A stretch of DNA of 64,000 bases, from contig OZ176053.1 in the NCBI GenBank assembly GCA_964247055.1, positions 6,324,001-6,388,000 of the forward strand, read 5' to 3'. Below, piece by piece: positions 63,623 through 64,000 of the stretch. Source of the stretch: Paragordius varius. Lineage: Eukaryota; Animalia; Nematomorpha. Every line of letters begins with the position of its first letter. Position 1 is the stretch's first letter. Both the position numbers and the translations under genes were made by a program. The notes under the pieces were generated by a model. The model was not told where the DNA came from. It was given only the letters and a program-made list of their open reading frames with translations, and did not search any database.

Positions 63623-64000
63623 TTTAAAATAAATCGCATAAAAAAATATAAAATTTTATAAAAATGCTCATTAACTTTTCACGGCGGCCATTACAACAGG
63701 CATATAAATGTATATTATGATAAAAAAATGTAAATATTTAACTTTTTAAGCTCACTTATGGCATTTTACCAGCTAATTATTTAATCAGCTGTTTGATTCA
63801 ATTATACTGTGGTATTCCAATTCGGAACTCCTGAGGTTAAGAAATGTAAAAAATATAAATTTATTAATTGAAATATAGGAGAACAATATTTGATAATTAA
63901 ATTGTGATCACCACCTATAAAACAGTAGTTAATTTACAAGTTGCTCGGTGGTACAAACTACCCCGAAATGAAATTGTCTTCTTGTAAAGGTAATGAAGTT

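Overview
Very AT-rich animal (metazoan) genomic DNA; the species cannot be identified from sequence alone. Seven host genes are supported: a small chitin-binding (CBM14/peritrophin-A) gene (+, partial), SON (-), DR1/NC2-beta (-), POLG (+), ALDH1L1-type 10-formyl-THF dehydrogenase (-), TMCO4 (+) and an intronless orphan 7TM receptor (-). The remainder is transposon-derived: a dead RTE LINE, a complete hAT element with an 8-bp TSD, four non-autonomous Helitron copies, three foldback elements with 21-bp arm arrays, palindromic MITEs, and Penelope/LINE remnants. The most striking observation is gene architecture. In four of the five conserved multi-exon genes the first coding intron is only 25-27 nt (44 nt in the fifth), while every other intron I could define in those genes is 73 nt to about 1.8 kb. 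Divergent gene pairs have apparent start codons only 13 bp (DR1/POLG) and 76 bp (ALDH1L1/TMCO4) apart. All exon structures were derived by hand from GT-AG signals and recalled protein homology; no database searches were run.
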